This document shows, in pieces, positions 42,778 through 53,509 of a DNA stretch of 64,000 bases. Location: the NCBI GenBank assembly GCA_963804995.1, contig CAWDSK010000001.1:32001-96000 (forward strand), written 5' to 3'. This DNA is from an uncultured Acidobacteriota bacterium. GTDB lineage: Bacteria; Acidobacteriota; Terriglobia; UBA7540. The notes below the pieces were generated by a model. It did not search any database. It saw only the letters and a program-made list of their open reading frames with translations, and was not told the origin of the DNA. The position numbers were made by a program, and so were the translations under genes. Within the stretch, counting starts at the first letter, position 1; each line of letters begins with the position of its first letter.

Positions 42778-44199
42778 GTGGCGAGCGTCCCGAACATCCT
42801 TGTCGTTGATGACGAACCTCACATGGTCAACTTTCTGCGCACGCTGCTGGAAGCTGAGTCCTACAAGGTGGAGACGGCCGCCAATGGTCTCGAGGCTGTG
42901 CGGCGCGTTCAAGAGGAGCCTATCCCCGATCTTGTCTTGCTGGACGTGGCCATGCCGGGGTTTGATGGCCTTGAGACGCTGGGACGCATCAGTGGAATCC
43001 GGCCCGGAATCAAAGTGGTCATGCTTTCTTGTGTCAACGATCCTCGGACAGTCGTGAAGGCGATCCGTCTGGGGGCACAAGACTACTTGCCCAAGCCGTT
43101 CCAACAAGCGGATCTTGAGGCCGTGATGAAGAGGGCCCTGGGGCGCTCAGACCCAGGGCCTGAAGAGGAGACCTCGCTCAAGACCGTGGAAGAGGTGGGG
43201 GATGACCTGTACTTTCTTGCCGCCTGCGAGGCCATGCGCAAGATTCGCAGTCAAGTCGGCATGATCGCGGGCGTTGACGTCCCGGTGCTGATTCTGGGTG
43301 AGAGCGGCACGGGCAAGGAAGTTCTCGCACGCTTAATCCACACTCTGTCCCCGCGAGCCAACCAAACATTCTTAAAGGTCAATTGCGCGGCCCTTCCCAA
43401 CGATCTACTGGAAAGCGAACTCTTTGGTTTCGAGGCCGGCGCATTTACAGGTGCGATAAAATCCAAGCCGGGCAGGTTCGAGCTCTGCGATAAGGGGACA
43501 ATTCTCTTGGATGAAATTGGCGAGATGTCGCCAGCTTTACAGGCCAAGCTGCTTCAGGTATTGCAGGATCATCAGTTTTCCAGACTCGGCGGTCGTTCTA
43601 TGGTCAAGGTAGACGTGCGCATTCTGGCTACAACCAATGTGGATATTCCCAAGGCCCTGGCGTCCGGGAGACTGCGCGAAGACCTCTATTATCGGCTGAA
43701 CGCGTTCACTCTGACCATACCGCCGCTGCGCGAGCGCCGCCAGGAGATTCCTCTGCTTCTCCGGCACTTCATGGCCCGTTTCGCCGCGCAGTATATGCGT
43801 GAGCCACTCCCCCTCACGCCGGCGCTTGTGGATGCCGCGATGGCGCACGCCTGGCCGGGTAACCTGCGCGAGTTGGAAAATTTTGTGAAGCGCTATTTGA
43901 TCCTTGGAGATGAGTACCAGGTTATCCAAGAACTCCGCACTCGCCGGGGTGGAGCCGCCGACACTTCCGAGCCTTCCCCGGCCCCGAAGAAACCTACTAA
44001 TGGGGATCTGAAATCACTCGTTCGTAACCTCAAGGATGAGGCGGAGATTAAGGCAATCGGTGAGGCTCTTCAGCATACGAAGTGGAATCGCAAGGCTGCC
44101 TCGCGCCTACTGAAAATCAGTTACAAGGCATTGCTCTACAAGGTTCGCGAGTATGGCCTTGAGGAAGATCACGGTAGAACTAGCGCGCGTGCAGCTTAA
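42778..44199 (+). CDS. NtrC-family sigma54 response regulator (REC-AAA+-HTH)
   Basis: VVDDE, GESGTGKE, ESELFG..GAFTGA, WPGNLREL, Fis-type HTH. Confidence 0.95.
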   Translation: MASVPNILVVDDEPHMVNFLRTLLEAESYKVETAANGLEAVRRVQEEPIPDLVLLDVAMPGFDGLETLGRISGIRPGIKVVMLSCVNDPRTVVKAIRLGAQDYLPKPFQQADLEAVMKRALGRSDPGPEEETSLKTVEEVGDDLYFLAACEAMRKIRSQVGMIAGVDVPVLILGESGTGKEVLARLIHTLSPRANQTFLKVNCAALPNDLLESELFGFEAGAFTGAIKSKPGRFELCDKGTILLDEIGEMSPALQAKLLQVLQDHQFSRLGGRSMVKVDVRILATTNVDIPKALASGRLREDLYYRLNAFTLTIPPLRERRQEIPLLLRHFMARFAAQYMREPLPLTPALVDAAMAHAWPGNLRELENFVKRYLILGDEYQVIQELRTRRGGAADTSEPSPAPKKPTNGDLKSLVRNLKDEAEIKAIGEALQHTKWNRKAASRLLKISYKALLYKVREYGLEEDHGRTSARAA

Positions 44200-44443
44200 G
44201 GTGGCCCAGTCGCTTGGATGAAATCCTCTCCATGTCATCAGATAGGATCAGGGAGGGAAAATTACTTCGCTTGGTGTGCAAACTTTTTCTCTCTTTTTAC
44301 CTCTCTGCCATTGCGGGGAGTACCTTTATCTGCCCCACCATTCTTTCCCCAAGGCGCGTAGCCTTATGAAACCGCAAGGCGCTAAGTCTTTGATCCCGCC
44401 CTATGACTAGGATTTGGTGCAATATACTAAGTTAAAGCTCCTT

Positions 44444-44458
44444 TGGTCTTCCGTGTGC
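44444..44458 (+). promoter_or_regulatory. Candidate sigma54 -24/-12 promoter
   Basis: TGG-TCTTCCGTGT-GC. Confidence 0.4.
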
Positions 44459-44687
44459 ATTTATGCGCTTTGACATGGGTAAAGCGCATCCGTCTTGGCC
44501 CGGGCGAATGTGGCAAAGCCTGCCTCGGGCGAAGGCCCCCTTAGTGACACTATCGCGGATCTTCAGGTCTCCCGGTGAAGATGGGAAGGCGACACGCCGG
44601 CGGCTGTTGCGGCCATGGGTTGCTCAACTCGCCAGTCATTCGGTCGTATTTGAAACGCGATACCTGTGATGATGGGAAGGGTGGATC

Positions 44688-45785
44688 GTGGAACGTGCCG
44701 ACCAACAAATGGCGAACGACACCTCGATTTCAAGCTTAGGGTTGTCCGGGGTAGGCGAACCCACCTTCCCGCCGGATTCCGTAGTTTTTGGGCGCTCTCC
44801 CGCCATGGAGGTTGTCCGTCTCAAAATTCGGAAGGTGGCGGGGACGAACGTGCCGGTCCTCATCCAGGGGGAGAGCGGGACAGGCAAAGAGGTTCTAGCC
44901 AGGCTGTTGCATTTCCAGGCTCCCTGGAGCGACGGCCCCTGGGTGAAGGTGTGTTGTCCTGCCATTCCCAGCACGTTACTCGAAAGCGAGCTTTTTGGCT
45001 ACGAAAGAGGCGCGTTCACCGGCGCTTATGGTATGAAACCCGGCCGCGTCGAGCTGGCAAATCGCGGCACACTGTTTCTCGACGAGATTAGCGAGCTTGA
45101 CATGGGGCTTCAGGCGAAGCTCTTGCAGCTCTTACAGGATGGCCAGTTCTCGCGAATTGGGGCCCAGGAGGACAAACGAGTCGAGGTGCGGATCGTTTGC
45201 GCGACCAACCGCAATCTCGACAAGGAAATCGCGGCGGGAGCCTTTCGCTTGGATCTTTTCTATAGGGTCAACGTCCTTGACATGCAACTGCCGCCTCTGC
45301 GCGAGCGACGTGAGGATATTCCGGATTTGGTGAACTACTTCCTCGAAACTCATGGCGCTATGTTCAAGTGCACCCCTCGTCCTATCTCTTCCAGCCTGAT
45401 GCACGCGTTGAAGGCATACGATTGGCCAGGAAACATTCGCCAACTCGAGAACTTGGTCAAGCGTTACGTGATCATGGGAACCGAGGAAGAAGTCGTCAGG
45501 GATCTTGTCGCAAGTCGTCCCTCTTCAACTTCAACCTTTGAGCCGCAGATCCCAGCCGATGGTCCCATCTCATTAAAAGAGATTACGCAGCAGGCCGTGA
45601 CCGAGATTGAACGAAAAGTCATCTTGAGAACCCTAATAGCCCACAATTGGAACCGAAAACGAGCCGCCCGAGCACTGAGCATCAGCTACCGGTCGTTGCT
45701 GTACAAGATTCGGGATGCGGGGCTTTCTACCCCAGACTCGCGCTCCCCAGCGCAAATGGCTACCCACCCCGTTGCAGACGCTTGA
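44688..45785 (+). CDS. Sigma54 enhancer-binding protein without input domain
   Basis: GESGTGKE, GAFTGA and HTH present; no receiver domain. Confidence 0.9.
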   Translation: MERADQQMANDTSISSLGLSGVGEPTFPPDSVVFGRSPAMEVVRLKIRKVAGTNVPVLIQGESGTGKEVLARLLHFQAPWSDGPWVKVCCPAIPSTLLESELFGYERGAFTGAYGMKPGRVELANRGTLFLDEISELDMGLQAKLLQLLQDGQFSRIGAQEDKRVEVRIVCATNRNLDKEIAAGAFRLDLFYRVNVLDMQLPPLRERREDIPDLVNYFLETHGAMFKCTPRPISSSLMHALKAYDWPGNIRQLENLVKRYVIMGTEEEVVRDLVASRPSSTSTFEPQIPADGPISLKEITQQAVTEIERKVILRTLIAHNWNRKRAARALSISYRSLLYKIRDAGLSTPDSRSPAQMATHPVADA

Positions 45786-45932
45786 TTCGAATGCTGAGCC
45801 AGGTTCTGGAATCTTTTGGGGACATTCCAAGTTAATTCCGTATCAGCGCAACGGTTTGCACATCCGATCGGAACCTCCCACTTGAGCGCCCTCTAACACA
45901 TTGAAATAAAAGGCTAAGGTTCATGCCCAGAT

Positions 45933-45947
45933 TGGTGCGTCGCGTGC
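45933..45947 (+). promoter_or_regulatory. Candidate sigma54 promoter of the PEP-CTERM gene
   Basis: TGG-TGCGTCGCGT-GC, about 45 bp before the ATG. Confidence 0.55.
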
Positions 45948-45990
45948 TCGGTATAGAGCTGAAGAGACAAGAGTCCTATTGGGGGTCTAT

Positions 45991-46695
45991 ATGAAGAGAG
46001 TATCCCTTATCGCTGCACTTTGCCTTTTGCTGTTGCCCATCGCGGGCTTAGCCAACGTCATCAACTTTACCGGGAGTGCCGGGGGGACGATCAGCCTAGT
46101 ACCTGGTGCCGGTGGGTTTACAACCTCGGGGATTACGATGGGTTATGTTCAAGGAGTCACGGTTCCACTTCACCAAACAGGAGCTCCTGGCTTAGCGGTG
46201 ACTGGTGGCACCCTGAGCTTTACGGGTACTGAGACGGGTGTTAGCAATATTGCTGGTGTTGAGACGTATTCTATTAGTCTCACGTCCCTTAGTATCGCGG
46301 GCGCTGTTCCGGGTGCTGGTATTGCCAGCACGACTCTCCTGAACTTTGCCCCCGGTGCCGCAACCGCACTGATCTTGACCACCAGCTCGAGTGGTTGGAG
46401 CGTTGATATGTCCGGGCTTCCCATCACGCTTAGCTCTGCTTTGATGACATGGTTCGGTGTTACCGATCCCCCGGCATGGTCGTTCGACAGTTCCATAAAC
46501 ACACCTCAGGGACCTACCTGTGCATATACCAATATTTGCGGCTCAAGCGGCTTCACACTTCCAGCACCAACCCAAAGCCAGTTTACAGCACTAAATTCGG
46601 CGACGGTGCCTGAACCGGCAACCCTCTCGTTGCTAGGTTTGGGCCTGTTTGGAGTTCTTGGCCTTGGGCGTCGGCGCCGCCACGAAGCGCTTTGA
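45991..46695 (+). CDS. PEP-CTERM sorting-domain surface protein
   Basis: Signal peptide, Ser/Thr/Gly-rich body, VPEPATLSLLGLGL..RRRR. Confidence 0.95.
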   Translation: MKRVSLIAALCLLLLPIAGLANVINFTGSAGGTISLVPGAGGFTTSGITMGYVQGVTVPLHQTGAPGLAVTGGTLSFTGTETGVSNIAGVETYSISLTSLSIAGAVPGAGIASTTLLNFAPGAATALILTTSSSGWSVDMSGLPITLSSALMTWFGVTDPPAWSFDSSINTPQGPTCAYTNICGSSGFTLPAPTQSQFTALNSATVPEPATLSLLGLGLFGVLGLGRRRRHEAL

Positions 46696-47110
46696 ATGGC
46701 GGGGGCCCTCAGAGGGTAAGAGAGCCACGCGCTGGGACGCAAGCGAAATTAAGGGATGCTAATCTCCCCGGCCACTGTGCAGCGGTGGCCGGGGTTTAGT
46801 GTCTGCAAAGTCTGAACCCCGATCCCCACGCTCACGCTGGATTTGGCGCTGAGCAGGGCTGAAAAAGGCTTGCCTGGGCCAAAGTAATTCCTGCAGTTTC
46901 TTCCGTCCTTCCCGACGAGCAGCTCCCAAAACTCATATCGCGGCGGCCCATCGTTCTCGCACGGGAACTCGATACTGGAAATTCCGGTTGAGGGTAGCTG
47001 CCTTCCCTTTTTGCGCAGGGTGTTGCGCTTGCTTGTCCGTTCCAAGCTACGCTGTCCATGTAACCGTCTGAATCTTCGAATCTTGGCGCAGTGGAGACTC
47101 ATGCCCTGTT

Positions 47111-47125
47111 TGGCTGCTAACGTGC
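47111..47125 (+). promoter_or_regulatory. Candidate sigma54 promoter of the ice-binding protein gene
   Basis: TGG-CTGCTAACGT-GC, about 46 bp before the ATG. Confidence 0.55.
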
Positions 47126-47171
47126 CAGTAGGGTAAGCTAGTGTAGTCTAAGAAACTCTCGGGAGGGAAAG

Positions 47172-48089
47172 ATGCTGAAGAGACGGGTCACTTCCATATT
47201 GGTTTTTTGCTTGGTCCTTATCCCGCTCGCGCAACTTAATGCTTCTGCGGATACGTTAGGGACTGCGGATAGTTTTGCGGTCCTGGCGGGTACGGAGGTG
47301 ACCAACATCACTAACCCAGCTCATGGCTTGACTGTAATCACCGGAGATCTGGGTGTCTCCCCATCAGCCCCCAACTTGGTTACTGGCTTTCCCCCCGGGA
47401 CTGTGACTGGAACGATATATACGTACCCCAATGCGGTGGTGGGAGGGGCTAAGACTGACCTCACGACTGCCTTCACTGCGTTATCCCCATTAAGCGACCC
47501 GCCCACTGCCACAATTCCGGGTGGTCTCCTGGATGGACTGCACCTCGGGCCGGGCGTCTATTCAGTTTCCGCGCCGCCAAGTAATTTGACGGGAACACTC
47601 TATCTCAACGACGGTGGCGTCAACGGTTCGATATTCGTTTTCCAGATGTCGAGCTCGCTGATTACCTCACCCGGCGCGGTAGTTGATGTGAGCGGCCTCT
47701 TACCAAGTGACAGCCTTTTTTGGGTGGTCGACAGCTCCGCGACTCTCGATGTCGACACTACGTTCTACGGGAATATTCTCGCGTACGCGTCCATCACTTT
47801 CGATCCCGGCGCCACGGATCTCTGCGGTAGAGCCCTGGCGGAAACCGGTGAAGTGACGTTTGCTGGACAGGCGGAGCCTTCAAAGACTCAGAACGCGGTC
47901 TCCATTGGCTGCACGAACACTTATGGCTACGGTGGTGGCGGCTTTAACGGTAACCCACCCGTCCCACCCGTCACCACTCCAGAACCCGGCACATTGCCAC
48001 TCTTGGGCTCCGGTTTCGCCGGGTTGGTCGGCATGGCACGGATGACGCGGGCGAAGGCGTGGACGCGTTCGGCGAAGAGCCGCTGCTAG
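47172..48089 (+). CDS. DUF3494 ice-binding-family protein with PEP-CTERM tail
   Basis: LGTADSFAVLAG, ITGDLGVSP, LGPGVY, FVFQM, FWVV.SSATL, FYGNILA, GRALA; TPEPGTL. Confidence 0.9.
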   Translation: MLKRRVTSILVFCLVLIPLAQLNASADTLGTADSFAVLAGTEVTNITNPAHGLTVITGDLGVSPSAPNLVTGFPPGTVTGTIYTYPNAVVGGAKTDLTTAFTALSPLSDPPTATIPGGLLDGLHLGPGVYSVSAPPSNLTGTLYLNDGGVNGSIFVFQMSSSLITSPGAVVDVSGLLPSDSLFWVVDSSATLDVDTTFYGNILAYASITFDPGATDLCGRALAETGEVTFAGQAEPSKTQNAVSIGCTNTYGYGGGGFNGNPPVPPVTTPEPGTLPLLGSGFAGLVGMARMTRAKAWTRSAKSRC

Positions 48090-48674
48090 TGTAGTGTCCG
48101 GTAATTAACTGGACATCGTAGCGCCACCATCTTGGCGGCATTTGCCGGCAGGATGCTGGCGCTACGTTCACATTAGGGCCCTTACTAACTAGACAAATTG
48201 TCATCCTGTTCTACCATTTATCATAATGCTGCTAACCGTATTTGTTTTCAATAACCTCTCAGCTTTGGCGCTCAGAAATCTCCAGCCGACACGCTTTGTT
48301 TTCAACATGTTCTCAGCTTTGGGCATTTTGGGCATCCAGCGACACATTGTCGGCTAAGAATGAACAGCTCAGACGGTGCGTTTTCGGTCTCATATTTACG
48401 CTTCGGGGCCTCCCTACGGTGCGCTCCACGCCCAGTCCTTCCGACAGTCAGCGCAGCCGGATTATACCAATCAGTAACACTTAGTGTCAAGCTTTATTGT
48501 TGCGGGGGATGAACTGGAGAAAGTAGGGCCTCCATCTTCGCCGCGAACCCTGCCCACTCTGAAATTAGTCGCTCCGGCGGCAAAGTGCACCACTACCGGG
48601 CTCTGGCCTCAATGCTAAGTTTGGGCCGTATGCGGAGAAGCTTCTCCCTCAATGCTTCGGCCTTCGGAACGTCC

Positions 48675-48774
48675 TATCCAGGATTTCTCACGAGTGAGGG
48701 GAAAGGCGGGGCTGAAGCCCCGCCCTTCCGAGTTCTCGAAGAAAACGCCTCGGCGTAGTGAGAAATCCTGGCTA
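48675..48774. repeat. MITE/REP-like palindromic element
   Basis: 14-bp inverted ends CCAGGATTTCTCAC / GTGAGAAATCCTGG; internal hairpin ggcggggct-ga-agccccgcc. Confidence 0.7.
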
Positions 48775-48994
48775 TATCCACATCTCTTCGTACGGCTGCA
48801 AGCACGCCAGGAGCGACGCGCGAACGGTCGTAGATGATTAGCCTATCCGTAACCCCTACCGATCAGGACGTGCCAATCGTGAGACATCAGAGGTTGACCG
48901 TAAAGAAAGACGCCCAACCGGTGCCAGCACAGGCCCCCCCCAGAGGGGCTTAAAAGGCGTTTGCGCGGGCGTACCGGCTTTCCCGTCGCACAGC

Positions 48995-51311
48995 CTACCC
49001 TTTGCCGAGGTCCGCCAGTTGCTTGTGAATCTCTTGGCCCTTTACGTATCCGGGGTCTAGTTTTAGAACTTGTCGGAACTGAGTGGCGGCAGCCGCGGCG
49101 TTCCCCGATCGCTGATAAGCCACTCCGAGGTGGTAGTGGTAGGTGGGATTGTCCGGTGTCTGCGTGAGGGCTTTCAGCAGGAGATCGATTGCAGACCCGT
49201 AGATACCTTTCATAATATAGGCCCAGGCCAACGTATCGGCTGTGCTAGGGGAATCCGGCAGGCTGTTGCGCGCGGTCTGTGCCAGCGAGAGGGCTACGTC
49301 CACATTCCCCCCATGCTCGAGAAGCAGGAACGCGAGGTTGTTTGCCCCTAACCCGTACCCGGGATCGATCTGCATGGCCTTCTGATAAGCTTCCTCGGCT
49401 TTCTGCCAGTTCCCGGATTTCTCCTCAAGAACACCTACGACCGCATAGGCTCGCACACCGCGGGGATTTTGCTGCACCGCGCGCTCGGCGCTGGCCAGGG
49501 CCTGGGGAAGCGAACCGCGGGCGGCTTGCGCATCGGCAAGCATGAGGAAGGCATTAACGTTGTTGTGATCGAGTTCGACGGCCTTCTCAAAAGCGGCTTG
49601 CGCCTTCTCGAAATCCCGGAGGCCGTAGAAAGCCTGCCCGAGCATCAGGTAGTAGGCACTATTATTCGGCGCCCGCGTGATCTGGTCCTGGAGCCGGCTG
49701 ATGAGGACGTTGGCTGGCTTTTTCTTCGAGGGCATAGGTCTGCAATAAGCCGCCCAGAGCCTCTGTGAACGCGGGGTTAATGCCGAGGGCCTGATCATAA
49801 AGTGCCTCAGCCTCTTTGTATTTTTTCTGACCTGTCCGGACCTCGCCCAGACGCGTATAAGCAAGCGGGTCGTGGGGCGCCAGTTCGATAGCCTTCTTGA
49901 GGTCCGCTTCGGCTCCGACCAGGTCTCGCCGGCGTGCTTCCACTATAGCGCGAACGTTGTAGCCCCTGGGGGAAGTGGGCTGAGCGGTAATCAGCGCCTC
50001 AGCGCTTTTCTCGGCTTGTTCAAGGTCGTTTTGCTCTAGCCCAAGTTGTGCCAGAGCCTCCTGCGCCGGGGCTAGGTTGGGCTGCAGCTTTACGGCTTGC
50101 TGCCACTCTGTGTGTGCCTGCTCAAGATAGCCCGCCTTCGAATAGGCGACGCCCAAGTTGTAATGGCAAAACGCATTGTCCGGTTCGGTCTTGAGCACCG
50201 ACTGGAACAAGGGTATGGCATCGTTCGCCCGACCCTGGTTAACCCAGACCTGCCCTCTGACGACGAGGGCCTCGGGGGCGGCTGGATTCTCCTTCAATAC
50301 CTGGTCGTTGATCTTCGTCGCTTCGTCCAGACGATTGCCCGCAATGAGAAGCTTGACGTAGTTCATTTTGACTTGGAGATCCTTGGGGTGCTCTTGGCAA
50401 AGGCCGCCAAACTCCTCAAGGGCCTTGTCCATCTTGCCAGTCTGAACGTAAAACTCGCCGAGCATCCGGTAGCCGTCGGGGTTGTCGCTGAAGGCCTGCT
50501 TCGCCTGCTTCAACACTTCGACCGCTTCAGTCTCTTTCCCATCCGCCAAGTAAACACGCACGAGGGCTCCGCGGGGGGAAAGGTTCTTGGGATCCAGCTC
50601 GATGGCGTGCTGGAACTGCTGCTCCGCTTCTTGGAACCGGCGCTGTCCGGCATAGAAGGCTCCTAATGCGATTGCCGGGGTCGACGATCTGGGATCCAGG
50701 GTTATCGCCTTTCTATAGCTGTCCTCTGCCGCCGAGGGCTGCTTCGCGTGCATCTGCAGCATGGCCAACTTTATGTAAGAACTGGACTGGTTCGGAGCAA
50801 GCCGAATGGCCGTCTGCATTTCGTCCAGTGCGCCCTGAGAATTGCCCATCGCGGCAATGGCGTATGCCAAGAGCGTGTGCGCATCTACGTTCTGCGGCTC
50901 CGCCGCCAGGACGAGTTTTGCCTTGTCTTCTGCTTGCTGGGATTGACGAGCGGCGAGCAGTACATTGCCCAAATCGATTTGGGCTTTCCAATTCCGTGGA
51001 GCCAGATTAACCGTCTGGTTCAGTTCCGTGAAAACTCCTGCCCAAATCCCCAGCTTCATGTAGCACTGCGCCAACTGGTAGTGAGCGTCCGCATACTGCG
51101 GGTCTATCTTGATGGCATTCTGGAGCTGGATTGCGGCCTCGTGATATTTCCCCTTTTGGAAGTACGTCATCGCGCTTGTGTAATACTTCTGCTTCCTGGC
51201 GCTGGGATCCCGCCAGGAGCGGCTCGCAAGGAAGATTACGATCAGGGAAAGTCCTAGAAGCAAAAAGAGTAAATATCCAAGTCTCCTCTTTGTCAATGCA
51301 AGTTTCCACAT
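48995..51311 (-). pseudogene. Large TPR protein of PEP-CTERM/EPS loci (PrsT-like), frameshifted near 49720
   Basis: Continuous TPRs across two ORFs, ANNLAFLL..DTLAW..YHLG C-terminus; frame shifts within GAAGAAAAAG. Confidence 0.8.
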
Positions 51312-51890
51312 GAAGAACCGACGCTCCCCTAAGATATATAGCGATGGCAACCCCTCGTGATAGCACGTGCATAGCCAAGGTAGCGGCTTTCACTCGCTTC
51401 GCGGATGGAGTCCTCCCATGGCTCCCAGGCAAGGGGCAATCGCGCGTTTCGAAGCAGAGCCCAACTCAGAGCCACCTAGTGCATAGCTCCAGCCAGGAGT
51501 TTCCGCCGCGACCTTCCTGGCAAGAAGAGTCCATACATCCCCACGGGAGGTGCCCTGCCACAGCGGGTATCTGCCCTTTCTCAGATAGTTGCACGTAACA
51601 CCCTACTTCCTCCCTAAAAGGTGAACATGGTTGCATCAGTTTGCAGTATGAAGGAAAACTTCTTCCACTAAGTGAACGAGCCCTGGGACTGTGCGTTCGG
51701 GAACAGGACAGCAGCTGTGGATTCTGCATCTGGCCGACAACAAGGGCGTTGTGGAAGAGGAAGGCGTTTTTCGGTACGCTTCCCGGACATTGGCCCGCCC
51801 CTTGCTATTCCGAAGACATTTAAGCTCCAGATTCCTGAAAGGAACGCCTATCACGTGGCAAGGGAAATAATAGACCTCGACGCAGCAGGG

Positions 51891-52871
51891 ATGACCGGCA
51901 AGTCCATGGCGCGGGATCCCGACGATCAGGTCTTCGTCAATTTTGTCAGTACGTCTGCACGACCCCTTGAGCGCATCATCGTCGAGATTGCGCCGACCAA
52001 CATACCCGTGCTCATCATAGGAGAGAGCGGTTCCGGCAAGGACGTGATCGCCCAGCGAGTGCATCGGCTTTCACGTCGCGGAGGTGAGCCATTCGTGAAA
52101 TTGAAGTGTGCCTGTCTTTCTCTGAAGGATTTGGACCAGCTCCTGGATGGAAAAAAGGCAGCCAGCATAGTCAAGCGCCTGTCTGACGCCGGGACAGTTT
52201 TCCTGGACGAGGTCAGCGACTTGGAGCTGGCTTGCCAGCCAAAGCTGCTCCACGTTCTTCCAGACGGCGATGCAGGGTCCCAGTATCCCTGCTTGCGGGC
52301 GCGGATTATCTCCTCCAGCAGTCGAAACATCGAGGAAGAAATCCGCAACGGACGTTTCCGGGAGGAACTTTATTACCGACTCAATGGCGTCTGCCTTCGG
52401 CTGCCACCTCTGAGACATGGAAAGGAAGATATCCCAGCTCTTGTCGATTTTTTCCTGAGGAAGTACGCGGGACAATTTGGGCGGCCAAAGCCGGTTTTCA
52501 GCACGAAAGCGATGGGCCGGTTCCTTGACTACCCTTGGCCGGGAAACATCCGGCAATTGGAAAATGCGGTGAGAAACATCGTCGCCTTGGGCGACGAGCG
52601 ATTGGCACTTGGAGACCTCGAGTCGATTGGCGCCGATCCTGGCTCTCGCGGGGAGGTGATCCAGAAGTTTTCCCTGAAGGAGGCTGCCCGGGCAGCCTCG
52701 CACCAAGCAGAACGTGAGTTGATCTTGAAGGCTTTGCAGCGGACACATTGGAACCGCAAACGTGCGGCACGCGAGCTTCAAATCAGTTACAAGGCATTGC
52801 TTTACAAAGTAAAGCAGATCGGGATGGAAGATTCGGCCGAGTCTTCGGGTCCCAAAGGACAAGACCTATGA
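51891..52871 (+). CDS. Sigma54-type AAA+/Fis regulator lacking the GAFTGA loop
   Basis: GESGSGKD, FLDE, LYYRL, WPGNIRQL and HTH present; ESELFG..GAFTGA absent. Confidence 0.85.
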   Translation: MTGKSMARDPDDQVFVNFVSTSARPLERIIVEIAPTNIPVLIIGESGSGKDVIAQRVHRLSRRGGEPFVKLKCACLSLKDLDQLLDGKKAASIVKRLSDAGTVFLDEVSDLELACQPKLLHVLPDGDAGSQYPCLRARIISSSSRNIEEEIRNGRFREELYYRLNGVCLRLPPLRHGKEDIPALVDFFLRKYAGQFGRPKPVFSTKAMGRFLDYPWPGNIRQLENAVRNIVALGDERLALGDLESIGADPGSRGEVIQKFSLKEAARAASHQAERELILKALQRTHWNRKRAARELQISYKALLYKVKQIGMEDSAESSGPKGQDL

Positions 52872-53503
52872 GCAAACCTCACGCCCTCGTCATGATTCTC
52901 CTGTTATGCCTGGGTTCAACTGGACTGTTCGCACAGCAAAAGAAGGCCCCTGCCGACCGACAGATTAGCGCAGGGGTTGGAGGAGAGAACCCGGAACCTA
53001 GGGGTGAAGGAGACGTTGAGCCTGGTACCTATATAATCGGGGCCGAAGACATTCTTGACATTAGTGTCTGGCAGGAACCGAATGTTTCGCGAAGCGTCCC
53101 CGTGCGTCCGGACGGAAGGATTTCGATACCACTTGTGAATGATATTCAAGCGGCGGGACTGACGCCCATGCAACTCGCCGCCTCCATAACCGAGAAGCTG
53201 AAAAAGTTCCTGACCAAACCTCAGGTGACCGTTACGGTTGTGGCGATTAACAGTCAGAAGATTTTTGTAGTTGGTGAAGTGAATCGGCCGGGGCCCATGG
53301 CTTTGCTTCCCAAGATGACGGCTCTACAGGCGATTTCAACGGCGGGAGGCGTAACGCAGTTCGCCGATCAAAAGCACGCGTATGTGATGCGGCACGAGGG
53401 GGAAAAGGATTCTACTTACCCCGTGAACTATCGTGACCTGCTCCGCGGAGACATGCACGGAAACGTGGTCCTGAAAGCTGGGGACACTATTGTGGTTCCT
53501 TAG
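52868..53503 (+). CDS. Polysaccharide export protein (Wza/OPX family)
   Basis: YIIGAEDIL, VRPDGRIS.PL, VVGEV..PG, GDTIVVP. Confidence 0.9.
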   Translation: MSKPHALVMILLLCLGSTGLFAQQKKAPADRQISAGVGGENPEPRGEGDVEPGTYIIGAEDILDISVWQEPNVSRSVPVRPDGRISIPLVNDIQAAGLTPMQLAASITEKLKKFLTKPQVTVTVVAINSQKIFVVGEVNRPGPMALLPKMTALQAISTAGGVTQFADQKHAYVMRHEGEKDSTYPVNYRDLLRGDMHGNVVLKAGDTIVVP

Positions 53504-53509
53504 GGGTTC

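Noticed and set aside
47137..48095. 11-bp direct repeat GCTAGTGTAGT flanking the ice-binding gene
   Set aside because: Too short, with no element ends, to support a cassette or target duplication
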